DNA from: an uncultured Lachnospiraceae bacterium
GTDB lineage: Bacteria; Bacillota; Clostridia; Lachnospirales; Lachnospiraceae
Direction: 5' to 3'
DNA: 64,000 bases
Assembly: GCA_910588955.1 (NCBI GenBank)
Contig: CAJURQ010000010.1
Location: 19,347 to 83,346, forward strand
This document shows, piece by piece, positions 17,357 to 25,803 of the stretch (position 1 is the stretch's first letter; each line of letters opens with the position of its first letter). Under the pieces are notes generated by a model. It was not told the origin of the DNA. It ran no database searches and saw only the letters and a list, made by a program, of their open reading frames with translations. Made by a program: the position numbers and the translations under genes.

Positions 17357-19396
17357 ATGATTAGGATGCACAGAAGAATTTCCAGTGCCGTTACAATGCT
17401 GATGCTGATGGCGTTTGTCCTGACAGGATGTACTTCGGAGGCAAGCAACATAGGAAGGGCACAGGATAAAAACGAGCCGGATGTGGTGGATACGGGCTTT
17501 ACGCTTTCCACGGTGGGCAGTTATGACTCTGCGGACACGGCGGTCGTGCTGTCCACAGATCCGGATAACAAGGCGGTGTCCTTTATCAATATGGATACGG
17601 GAAAACAGTATACCCTTTATTACGACGGAACAACCTATGTGAAGGATAAGCACGACGGTCCTATGACGATTTCCCAGATCAAAGCGGGAGATGTGGTGGA
17701 TGTCACTTTCTTAAAGGGCAGAAAGAAACTTGCCAGCATTCAGCGGTCTCCGGAGGCATGGGTGTTTGATGAGGTTCGCAATTACGATTTGGCAGGCACG
17801 AACAGGTCGGCAAGCATCGGCTCTCAAAAGTATTCTCTGCCCGCAGGCGTCGTGGTTTTGTCGGAAGGTCGCCGCGTGGAGACGGGCGAGGTGGTGTCGC
17901 AGGACGTGGTCACGATCTCCGGCATCAATCATAAAATTTACAGTGTAAACGTGGATCGGGGACATGGGTATCTGCGGCTGAAAAATGATCAGCCTCTCCT
18001 CGGCGGCTGGATTGAGGTGGGCAACAGCGTGATCCGCCAGATTACGGAGGACATGCTTCTCACAGTGCCGGAGGGCACTTATCAGGTGGTGCTTACCAAT
18101 AATAACGTGGGCTGTGTGAAGGAGATAACGGTTGAGCGAGGCAAGGAAGTGGTGCTCGATGTGAGCGATCTGGAAGTCGCGGAGGACGCTGTCGGAAAGA
18201 TTCTATTTACGGTAGAACCCGAGAGCGCGACAGTCAGCGTGGACGGCAAGCCTGTGGATATCAGCAAGCCGGTTGAACTAAAGTACGGCATTCATCAGAT
18301 ACAGGCGGAGGCGAACGGTTACGATACGCTGACCAAACACATTCAGGTAGGCTCGGAGTACGCCACGATTTCCTTTAAGCTGGAGGAAAGCCGAAAAAAT
18401 GACAGCGGCAATGACTCCGTCAGCAGCAACTCGACAACGCCCGACCGGATTCCGTGGCAGGATACCATGGATTCCGTCAGCGCAAATAACCTGAAAAAGA
18501 ACAGTGTCAGCGACAATACGCTCAGCGTCAGCGAAAATGCGCTTGGCACATCCAATAAATATAAAGTGTACGTGGATTCGCCGAAAGGTGTGGAAGTCTA
18601 TCTGGACGGCAACTATGTAGGGCTTTCCCCTGTCAGATTCACGAAGACGGTGGGCAGGCATGAGATCACGCTGAAAAAGAGCGGTTATAAGACAAAGACC
18701 TACACGATCTATCTGGAAAATACAAGAAAAGACGAGACTTACTCCTTCTCCGCGTTGGAAAAGGAAAGTTCCGGCGGCAACAGCGGTAACAACGGCAATA
18801 ATGACAATAGCAATCCCAGCGGCGGGTCGACGGGGACGCCGCCGCTGCCGACAGGGAAGGTGACCTTCACGGTTTCGCCTGCGGAAGCGAAAGTCACCGT
18901 GGACGGCAAGGAAATAGATATCAGCAAACCGCTGGAATTAGAGTATGGCGTACATACGATTGTTGTTTCAGCGGATGGTTATGAAACTTTCAGCGATGAG
19001 GTTGACTTTGCGGTGGAGACTGCGGATTATTCCTACACGCTGCGGGAGAAAAAGGATCCGGAGAATCCCGACGAAAAAGATCCTGAGAAGCCGAATCCAC
19101 CTGACTCCACCGATCCCGATCAGCCGGAGAATCCGGATAACCCCAATCCCAATCCGTCAAATCCCGGCGAGGGAGAAGGTAACCCGGACGACAATAAAGG
19201 GGAGACCGGCGACGGCACAGAGATAGGAGACGGGACTAACACGGGCGGAACAGAAGGCGGTACAGGCGGCACGGAAAACGGCGGCGATGACGCCGACGAA
19301 GAAGACACAGGGAATGGTCTGACCACGGAAAAAGTGGAGATAACCAAGGAAGCACACCCGATCCGCAAGTGGTTTTCCTCATTGTTTAAAAAGTAA
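17357..19396 (+). CDS. PEGA-domain lipoprotein with a Pro/Asn/Gly-rich tail
   Basis: 679 aa. Lipobox LTGC. Repeated PEGA-like modules (for example VSVDGKPVDISKPVELKYGIHQIQAEANGYDT and VTVDGKEIDISKPLELEYGVHTIVVSADGYET). The C-terminal region is low-complexity. Confidence 0.75.
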   Translation: MIRMHRRISSAVTMLMLMAFVLTGCTSEASNIGRAQDKNEPDVVDTGFTLSTVGSYDSADTAVVLSTDPDNKAVSFINMDTGKQYTLYYDGTTYVKDKHDGPMTISQIKAGDVVDVTFLKGRKKLASIQRSPEAWVFDEVRNYDLAGTNRSASIGSQKYSLPAGVVVLSEGRRVETGEVVSQDVVTISGINHKIYSVNVDRGHGYLRLKNDQPLLGGWIEVGNSVIRQITEDMLLTVPEGTYQVVLTNNNVGCVKEITVERGKEVVLDVSDLEVAEDAVGKILFTVEPESATVSVDGKPVDISKPVELKYGIHQIQAEANGYDTLTKHIQVGSEYATISFKLEESRKNDSGNDSVSSNSTTPDRIPWQDTMDSVSANNLKKNSVSDNTLSVSENALGTSNKYKVYVDSPKGVEVYLDGNYVGLSPVRFTKTVGRHEITLKKSGYKTKTYTIYLENTRKDETYSFSALEKESSGGNSGNNGNNDNSNPSGGSTGTPPLPTGKVTFTVSPAEAKVTVDGKEIDISKPLELEYGVHTIVVSADGYETFSDEVDFAVETADYSYTLREKKDPENPDEKDPEKPNPPDSTDPDQPENPDNPNPNPSNPGEGEGNPDDNKGETGDGTEIGDGTNTGGTEGGTGGTENGGDDADEEDTGNGLTTEKVEITKEAHPIRKWFSSLFKK

Positions 19397-19410
19397 AAGA
19401 CGGAGCACAT

Positions 19411-20115
19411 ATGTCAGAAAAACAATACACCTACGAAGAATTTTTGGAAATTATAGCGGCGCTGCGCAGTGAAAACGGCTGCCCCTGGGATAAGGTGCAG
19501 ACCCATGACAGCTTAAAACCGTGTATGATGGAGGAGGCGGCGGAACTGCTCGCCTCCATCCGCATTTATAACAAGACAGGCAATCCCGAAAATATGATTG
19601 AGGAGCTGGGCGATGTGCTTTTACAGGTTGTCATGCATGCGCAGATCGCCTCCGAGGAAGGTCTGTTTACTATGAAGGACGTGGTAAACGAAGTCAGCCG
19701 CAAAATGGTGCGGCGGCACCCCCATGTTTTCGGCACGGGAAATGCGGACACGCCGGATGAAGTGCTTGTGAATTGGGAGGAGATTAAAAAGGAGGAGAAG
19801 AAGGATAAGGATTGGGTGGAATCACCCTTAAAGGATATTCCGAAGGAGCTCCCTTCTTTGACCAGAGCGGTCAAGGTCTTAAAGAAGATTGATAAACATT
19901 ATGAGAAGGGAAACACTTTTGAACAGGACACGGCGGCAATCTGCGAGCTGGCGGAGGCGTTAAAAACTTGCGGACTGCAGGCGGATAACAGAGAGACTGA
20001 GGCGATTATATCCGAACTGCTCCTGCGGATCAGCGACGTGGCAAGAATTGCGAAGATCCCGCAGGAACAGGCGTTGGCGGACAGAATAGATGATTTAATT
20101 GAGAAATACGAGTAA
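19411..20115 (+). CDS. mazG: MazG-family nucleoside triphosphate pyrophosphohydrolase
   Basis: 234 aa. Motif EEAAELL...ELGDVLLQVV. Confidence 0.88.
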   Translation: MSEKQYTYEEFLEIIAALRSENGCPWDKVQTHDSLKPCMMEEAAELLASIRIYNKTGNPENMIEELGDVLLQVVMHAQIASEEGLFTMKDVVNEVSRKMVRRHPHVFGTGNADTPDEVLVNWEEIKKEEKKDKDWVESPLKDIPKELPSLTRAVKVLKKIDKHYEKGNTFEQDTAAICELAEALKTCGLQADNRETEAIISELLLRISDVARIAKIPQEQALADRIDDLIEKYE

Positions 20116-20185
20116 ATTTTCTGACAATAAGGCATAATTTTATAAATATAGCCTTAACAGCGGAAGCCGGACGCTGGCGAACCCG

Positions 20186-20212
20186 AAAAATGCCGTAAAA
20201 AAGGCATTTTTT
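20186..20212 (+). terminator. terminator after mazG
   Basis: Stem AAAAATGCC / GGCATTTTT with an 8-nt loop and a trailing T run. Confidence 0.6.
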
Positions 20213-20214
20213 GC

Positions 20215-20243
20215 TTGACATGCCGGGGAAAAGCAGATATAAA
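20215..20243 (+). promoter_or_regulatory. sigma-A-like promoter of hup
   Basis: TTGACA (20215-20220), 17 nt, TATAAA (20238-20243). Confidence 0.55.
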
Positions 20244-20312
20244 TATGTATAGACGGTTTCCGAGGGAGGCCAGAAAATAATACGAAAACTCATTTTAAGA
20301 GGAGGAGTTCAA

Positions 20313-20588
20313 ATGAACAAAACAGAGTTAGTTGCAGCAATGGCTGATCAGGCAGGCTTATCTAAGAAAGATGCAGAGAAGGCTTTAAAGGCATTCACGG
20401 ACGTAGTTGCTGACGAGCTGAAGAAGGACGGCAAGGTGCAGTTAGTTGGTTTCGGTACTTTTGAAGTTTCCAAGAGAGCGGCTAGAGAGGGCAGAAATCC
20501 TCAGAGCGGCGCTGTTATGAAGATCGCTGCATCCAAGGCTCCTAAGTTTAAGGCTGGTAAGGCTTTAAAGGATATGCTTAACGCGTAA
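20313..20588 (+). CDS. hup: DNA-binding protein HU
   Basis: 91 aa: MNKTELV...GFGTFEVSKRAAREGRNPQSG. Confidence 0.95.
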   Translation: MNKTELVAAMADQAGLSKKDAEKALKAFTDVVADELKKDGKVQLVGFGTFEVSKRAAREGRNPQSGAVMKIAASKAPKFKAGKALKDMLNA

Positions 20589-20612
20589 TTGAAATTTTCG
20601 GAGACAGATAAG

Positions 20613-20643
20613 AGACCTGTATGCACAGCATACGGGTCTTTTC
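20613..20643 (+). terminator. terminator after hup
   Basis: Stem AGACCTGTATGC / GCATACGGGTCT (one G-U pair) with loop ACA, followed by TTTT. Confidence 0.75.
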
Positions 20644-20778
20644 CGCGTATAAGCAGAGTCAGAAAGCAGCATAAACAGGATGCATGCTTGCATGCAAGAC
20701 TGGCTATGCTGTTTTATGACGAGCAACGCGAACGAGAAATGCGAAGCATTTCGAGTCTGCTTATGCGCAGTCAGAAAC
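20644..20778. repeat. Intergenic repeat family A, full-length copy with imperfect terminal inverted repeats
   Basis: Left arm CGCGTATAAGCAGAGTCAGAAAGC (20644-20667). Core ACAGG...GCATGCAAG (20675-20698). Right arm GAGTCTGCTTATGCGCAGTCAGAAAC (20753-20778). Related copies lie at 31768 and 43321. Confidence 0.6.
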
Positions 20779-20793
20779 AAGGGGGAGGCAAAC

Positions 20794-21036
20794 ATGCGAC
20801 TGGACAAATATTTAAAGGTTTCAAGACTGATTAAGCGCCGTACGGTGGCGAACGAGGCATGCGACGCAGGCAGGGTCCTTATCAATGACAGACCCGCGAA
20901 GGCGTCCGCCAACGTGAAGGCGGGGGATGTCATTACGATACAGTTTGGCAACAAGGAGGTAAAGGTGGAAGTTCTCGATGTGCAGGAGACGGTGCGCAAG
21001 GAGGAGGCAAAGGATCTATTCCGCTACCTCACATAG
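20794..21036 (+). CDS. yabO: S4-domain RNA-binding protein (YabO-like)
   Basis: 80 aa from ATG 20794, after GGGGGAGG. Sequence MRLDKYLKVSRLIKRRTVANEACDAGRVLIN. The 5' extension in ORF 20680..21036 runs through the repeat element. Confidence 0.85.
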   Translation: MRLDKYLKVSRLIKRRTVANEACDAGRVLINDRPAKASANVKAGDVITIQFGNKEVKVEVLDVQETVRKEEAKDLFRYLT

Positions 21037-21072
21037 CATAGGTAACCGGATTAAGCCGAAGGCTGAATAGTT

Positions 21073-21101
21073 GCATATTTTGGGAAAAGCAGACATACAC
21101 T
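21073..21101 (+). promoter_or_regulatory. sigma-E-type sporulation promoter upstream of yabP
   Basis: GCATATT (21073-21079), 14 nt, CATACACT (21094-21101). This matches the B. subtilis sigma-E consensus as I recall it (kmATATT - ~14 nt - CATACAmT). Confidence 0.5.
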
Positions 21102-21137
21102 GAATCAGTACTATACTTATGGTATAGGAGGGCGTGT

Positions 21138-21428
21138 ATGGAAGATTTGAATAACGGCGGCAAGCGACCGCATAAGCTGATGCTTACAGGCAGAAGAACC
21201 TGCGCATTGACAGGCGTCAACGATGTGCTTTCCTTTGATGTGAATGAAATTTTGCTGGAGACGGAGCAGGGAATGCTGATGATACGGGGCGGTGAGCTGC
21301 ATGTCAGCAGGCTTTCTTTGGATAAGGGCGAAGTGGATATCGACGGGCGGATTGACAGTTTTACTTACTCGGAGACCGCGGGGTACGGGGCAAAAGGGGA
21401 GTCCCTGCTGGCGAGACTGTTCAAATAG
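21138..21428 (+). CDS. yabP: sporulation protein YabP
   Basis: 96 aa. The pattern HKLMLTGRRTCALTGVNDVLSFDVNEILLETEQGMLMIRGGELHVSRLSLDKGEVDIDGRIDS is typical of YabP. Confidence 0.88.
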   Translation: MEDLNNGGKRPHKLMLTGRRTCALTGVNDVLSFDVNEILLETEQGMLMIRGGELHVSRLSLDKGEVDIDGRIDSFTYSETAGYGAKGESLLARLFK

Positions 21429-21458
21429 CACGGAATCAAGGGGGTAAATGCGCATAGT

Positions 21459-21947
21459 ATGAGCCGGGAGATCGTGCAGGAGCTTACTTTTTTTACACAT
21501 TCCGTCCTTATGGGGCTGGCCATCACCTTTATCTATGACTGGATCCGTGTGTTCCGCAAACTTTTCAGGCATGGGACGGCGCTGATGTCGGCGGAGGATC
21601 TTTTATTCTGGACCGCCTGCGGGATCGGCGTATTCTATATGCTCTACAGGGAGAACGACGGGACGCTGCGATGGTTTGCGGTGCTCGGCGCCACCATAGG
21701 CATGTTTTTCTACAAGATTGTTGTCAGGGACGCGTTTGCAGATGTTATGTCAACATGCCTACACAAGATCATGTGGTTTGTTTTTCGCCTCCTACAAATT
21801 GTGCTAAAACCCCTGAAACGCCTGATTTATGCGGGGAAAACGTTTGTTCTTTATCTGGGAAGGAAATTGAAAAAGTGTAAAGAATTTATTAAAAAACGGT
21901 TGACGGTTTTTATAAAAACTATTAGAATGGTTTTATGTAAACATTAA
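21459..21947 (+). CDS. yabQ: spore cortex biosynthesis protein YabQ
   Basis: 162 aa membrane protein directly downstream of yabP. YabQ-like N-terminus (FLMGLAITFIYD). Confidence 0.8.
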   Translation: MSREIVQELTFFTHSVLMGLAITFIYDWIRVFRKLFRHGTALMSAEDLLFWTACGIGVFYMLYRENDGTLRWFAVLGATIGMFFYKIVVRDAFADVMSTCLHKIMWFVFRLLQIVLKPLKRLIYAGKTFVLYLGRKLKKCKEFIKKRLTVFIKTIRMVLCKH

Positions 21948-21953
21948 CAGGCG

Positions 21954-22283
21954 GTGGAGAGGGGCGCATTTCGGGGCATGGCAAGAAAAGCAGCATATCG
22001 TAAAAGACGTCAGAACAGGCTGGCCATGCTTTTAGTTACTACTGTAGTGTTGATGATGATGCTCGTGGTTACCTTTAAGAGTGTGGAGCTGAGGGAGAAG
22101 CGCCAGTTTTATATGGACAGGGAAGAGGCGCTGCTTCTGGAAATAGAGGCGGAACAGGCAAGATCCGCAGAAATTGAAGAGTATGGAAAGTATACGCAGA
22201 CCAAGAAATTCGTTGAGGAAGTGGCGAAGGAAAAACTGGGTCTGGTGTATGAGGGCGAAATTATTTTTAAGGATGAAAAGTAA
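21954..22283 (+). CDS. divIC: septum formation initiator (DivIC/FtsB family)
   Basis: Basic N-terminus, one TM helix, then a coiled coil (EIEAEQARSAEIEEY...KLGLV). The start is ambiguous: GTG 21954 or ATG 21978. Confidence 0.75.
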   Translation: MERGAFRGMARKAAYRKRRQNRLAMLLVTTVVLMMMLVVTFKSVELREKRQFYMDREEALLLEIEAEQARSAEIEEYGKYTQTKKFVEEVAKEKLGLVYEGEIIFKDEK

Positions 22284-22297
22284 ATAAAATGAATCGG

Positions 22298-22330
22298 CGA
22301 GTAGGGGAAAATTTCTCCTACTCGATTTTT
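22298..22330 (+). terminator. terminator after divIC
   Basis: Stem CGAGTAGG / CCTACTCG, followed by ATTTTT. Confidence 0.6.
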
Positions 22331-22431
22331 GGAATAAAACACATCAACTTTTCATATATATGTGTAAGACGGGTTTTGCGGGCTTTTTGCTCTGCCCGGA
22401 CAGGCAGTGTTGACGTATATGGAGGCGGTGT

Positions 22432-23667
22432 GTGATGAAGAGATGGACAAGCGTTAGGGAAGACGACAGGATAGACGTGATACCGGAGTACGGGAGGCAG
22501 AAACTTTTGGCATATGCGGAGTCTTTCCGCGATCTGGCGGATCTGTTTGAGGACAGTCAGGCGAGGGACGAGCCTTCCGGGGACGAATCCGCAGACAGAC
22601 AGGAGTACTTGTGCAGGCGGCGTCTGCAGGAAAGTCAGGGGCTTCTGGCGGAGCATCTGAAGGAGATGGCGCATATTCTGGCGGTGACAGCCAGAGAGAC
22701 ATGCCGCTGCCGTCCCATAGGCGAACGGCGGTATAAGCAGATGGCGGCGCTGCTTCGGGAATCCGGCATTGAGCTGAAAGACTTTTTGGAACTGGATCAT
22801 GAGGACGGACACAGGGAGATCAGCCTCGTTATGCGGCAGACAGGCGGCAGGCACGCGCGCTTTGGTGAGACGGAATATATTTCCGCGGATGACGTGGCGG
22901 ATTACATATCGGTGGCGATGAACCGCAGACTCTGTGCGGCGAAAAATACGCCGGCATATCTGGCGGCGGAGTACAATGCCTATTATTTTTTGGAAGAACC
23001 GCCCTATCATCTGCTGACGGGCTTTGCCAAGGCGGTGAAGGAGACGGAGAAGGTGTCGGGGGACAGCTATTCCTTTTTTGAGTCGGACACGGGGCGGGTT
23101 TTGATGCTGCTCTCGGACGGCGTCGGTTCCGGGGAGGAGGCGTGCCGGGAATCGAGCCGGGTGATCGAGATGATGGAGCGGCTGTTGGAGGCGGGATTCG
23201 GAAAAGAGCCTGCCGTGCAGATGGTGAACGGGGCGATGGCGGCGGCGGGACAGGAGCAGGTCATGTCTACGTTGGACGTCTGCGATATCGATCTCTATAC
23301 GGGAAACTGCGAGTTTGTGAAGGTGGGGGCGGCGAGCACCTACATTAAGAGAGGGCGGCTGGTGGACAGGCTTTCCTCAAGGAATCTGCCGCTTGGGGTT
23401 TTCTGGCAGATGACGCCGGAAATCCAGAGCCGGACGCTGCAGAGCGGGGACTATGTGATCATGCTTTCGGACGGGGTGATCGACGCGCTTTCGGAAGGCA
23501 TTGGCGAGGAGGCGCTGCCGGAGATCATCGGCAGAATGGAATACAGCAATCCGGGGGAAATCGCGAACCAGCTTCTGGCATATGCGATCGGGCAGAGCCG
23601 CGGACGGATCCGGGACGATATGACGGTGCTTGTGACGGGTATCTGGGATCAGGAGGGCTCTCTTTAA
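22432..23667 (+). CDS. spoIIE: SpoIIE-family PP2C protein phosphatase (no membrane domain)
   Basis: 411 aa. PP2C/SpoIIE catalytic region (GDSYSFFES...LLSDGVGSGEEA...DYVIMLSDGV...DDMTVLV). Genomic position is as in Bacillus, upstream of tilS-hpt-ftsH. I see no hydrophobic segments. Confidence 0.8.
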   Translation: MMKRWTSVREDDRIDVIPEYGRQKLLAYAESFRDLADLFEDSQARDEPSGDESADRQEYLCRRRLQESQGLLAEHLKEMAHILAVTARETCRCRPIGERRYKQMAALLRESGIELKDFLELDHEDGHREISLVMRQTGGRHARFGETEYISADDVADYISVAMNRRLCAAKNTPAYLAAEYNAYYFLEEPPYHLLTGFAKAVKETEKVSGDSYSFFESDTGRVLMLLSDGVGSGEEACRESSRVIEMMERLLEAGFGKEPAVQMVNGAMAAAGQEQVMSTLDVCDIDLYTGNCEFVKVGAASTYIKRGRLVDRLSSRNLPLGVFWQMTPEIQSRTLQSGDYVIMLSDGVIDALSEGIGEEALPEIIGRMEYSNPGEIANQLLAYAIGQSRGRIRDDMTVLVTGIWDQEGSL

Positions 23668-23684
23668 GGACGGACAAGCGAAGG

Positions 23685-25289
23685 ATGAAAGAAAAACTTT
23701 TTGACAGAGTAAAAAAATATATGAATGCCAACGGCATGATAGAGCCGGGGGACTGCGTGACAGCCGGTGTTTCCGGCGGTGCGGACTCGGTCTGCATGCT
23801 GCACTTGCTGACGCGGCTGCAAAAGGAGATCCCGTTCCGGCTGGCGGTGGTGCATGTGAACCACGGTATGCGCGCGGAGGCGGGGGAGGACGCCGTCTTC
23901 GTGGAGAGGCTGTGTGAACAGTGGGGCGTTCCCTTCTATCTGCGGGAAGTGGATATGGCGGGCTATGCGGCGGCGCATAAATTGTCTCAGGAGGAGGCGG
24001 GGCGTCTGCTCCGCTACCGGGCGTTTCAGGAGGTTCTCGGGGAGATAAAAGCCGGGGATCGAGGAAGAATCGCTGTGGCGCACAACGCGGACGACAGGGC
24101 GGAGACCATGCTATTTCATATGTTCCGCGGCAGCGGGCTAAAAGGGCTTTCCTCGATCCGCCCGGTCAGAGAATCGGTCATCCGCCCGCTCCTCAGTGTG
24201 AGCCGGGAGCAGATTGAGGCATATCTGGGTGAGGAGGGGCTTGACTGGCGGGAGGATGGCACGAACGGGGAGGACGTTTACGCCCGCAACAAGATCAGGC
24301 ATCACATACTGCCCTATGCGCAGCGGGAAATTTGCGGCGGGGCGGTTTCCCATATGGGCGAATTGGCGGATATGCTGGCGGAAACGGAAAACTATCTGGC
24401 GCGGGAAACGAACCGGCTCTACGACATTTATGTGCGGGAGGATGTGGAAAGAAAATACGGCAGTGGTAAAGGCATGGGTGCAGACGAAGAAACCGGGAAT
24501 TTGTACGGGGAAATAAAAATAGAGCTGGGCGGGTTTTGCGCCGAGGATGTGGTGATGCGAAAGCGCATCCTCCTGCGGGCGCTTGAGAGGATGACGCCTT
24601 ACCGGAAAGATATCACGGCACGCCATATCGCGGGGTTGATGGATTTGACGGAGAAGGAAGGCAGCAAGGAGCTTTCCCTGCCCTACGGAATCCGTGCCGT
24701 CAAAGAGTATGATATGCTGTACTTGAGACGGCGGGCGGAGACGGGAGGCGCCTCAGAGCTGCAGGCAGTAGGGGAAATTGATTCGGCAGTGTCTCCGGAG
24801 AATCTGCAGGAAATCCATGTGGCGGAGTCCGCTCTTGTTCCGGGTTTGGCGGCAGCGTTTGACGCGCCGGGCACGGGCTGCTTTACATTTATTTTGTGGG
24901 AAATGTCTTTTCTGCCGGCGGCGTCCTTTTTCTACAGAAAGGAACAAAATATTCCCGAAAATAGATATACGAAATGGTTTGATTATGATAAAATAACTAC
25001 GTCTTTATTCCTGCGGACGAGAAAGCAGGGAGACTATCTCACGATAGACGACGCACTTCATACCCAGTCTGTAAAGCAGTACATGATCAATGAAAAGATC
25101 CCGAAAGCAAAACGGGACGGCATGTACCTGCTGGCGGACGGCGCCCATATTCTCTGGGTGCCCGGACACCGAGTGAGCAGACGGTACCGGGTGGAGAAAA
25201 ACACGAGACGTATTTTAGAAGTACGTCTAGGAGGAGGAAGCCATGGCGGAACGGATAGAAGTACTGTTAACGGAGGAAGAAGTAGATAA
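23685..25289 (+). CDS. tilS: tRNA(Ile)-lysidine synthetase
   Basis: PP-loop SGGADS. Its 3' end overlaps the hpt start by 47 nt. Confidence 0.88.
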   Translation: MKEKLFDRVKKYMNANGMIEPGDCVTAGVSGGADSVCMLHLLTRLQKEIPFRLAVVHVNHGMRAEAGEDAVFVERLCEQWGVPFYLREVDMAGYAAAHKLSQEEAGRLLRYRAFQEVLGEIKAGDRGRIAVAHNADDRAETMLFHMFRGSGLKGLSSIRPVRESVIRPLLSVSREQIEAYLGEEGLDWREDGTNGEDVYARNKIRHHILPYAQREICGGAVSHMGELADMLAETENYLARETNRLYDIYVREDVERKYGSGKGMGADEETGNLYGEIKIELGGFCAEDVVMRKRILLRALERMTPYRKDITARHIAGLMDLTEKEGSKELSLPYGIRAVKEYDMLYLRRRAETGGASELQAVGEIDSAVSPENLQEIHVAESALVPGLAAAFDAPGTGCFTFILWEMSFLPAASFFYRKEQNIPENRYTKWFDYDKITTSLFLRTRKQGDYLTIDDALHTQSVKQYMINEKIPKAKRDGMYLLADGAHILWVPGHRVSRRYRVEKNTRRILEVRLGGGSHGGTDRSTVNGGRSR

Positions 25290-25767
25290 GCGGATTCAGG
25301 AAATCGGCGATCAGATTTCGAGGGACTATGCAGGAAAATCGGTACACTTGGTATGTGTATTAAAGGGAGGCAGCTTTTTTATGTGCGAGCTGGCGAAACG
25401 CATCACGGTGCCGGTGTCCATTGATTTCATGTCGGTGTCCAGCTACGGCGGGGATACCAAATCAAGCGGCGTGGTGAGGATCGTGAAGGATCTGGACGAA
25501 TCCTTGAAAGATAAGCACGTGATCGTGATCGAAGATATCGTGGATTCCGGGCGGACACTGAGTTACCTGCTGGATATGCTGCGGAGCAGGGGACCTGTGG
25601 ACGTAAGACTCTGCACGCTTTTAGACAAGCCGGACAGGCGCGTGGTGGATGTGAAGGTGGATTACACGGGATTCGAAATTCCGGATGAATTTGTGGTGGG
25701 GTACGGTCTGGATTACGACCAGAAGTACCGCAACCTGCCATACATCGGGATGGTAAAATTTGACTGA
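25243..25767 (+). CDS. hpt: hypoxanthine phosphoribosyltransferase
   Basis: 174 aa. PRPP-binding motif VIVIEDIVDSGRT. Confidence 0.93.
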   Translation: MAERIEVLLTEEEVDKRIQEIGDQISRDYAGKSVHLVCVLKGGSFFMCELAKRITVPVSIDFMSVSSYGGDTKSSGVVRIVKDLDESLKDKHVIVIEDIVDSGRTLSYLLDMLRSRGPVDVRLCTLLDKPDRRVVDVKVDYTGFEIPDEFVVGYGLDYDQKYRNLPYIGMVKFD

Positions 25768-25803
25768 CTTATATTAAACGGATTAGAACAGAGGAATTAT
25801 TGA

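Noticed and set aside
20589-20834. ORF 20589..20834 and the 5' extension of ORF 20680..21036.
   Set aside because: Both run through repeat family A. The real yabO-like gene starts at ATG 20794, which has a strong RBS.
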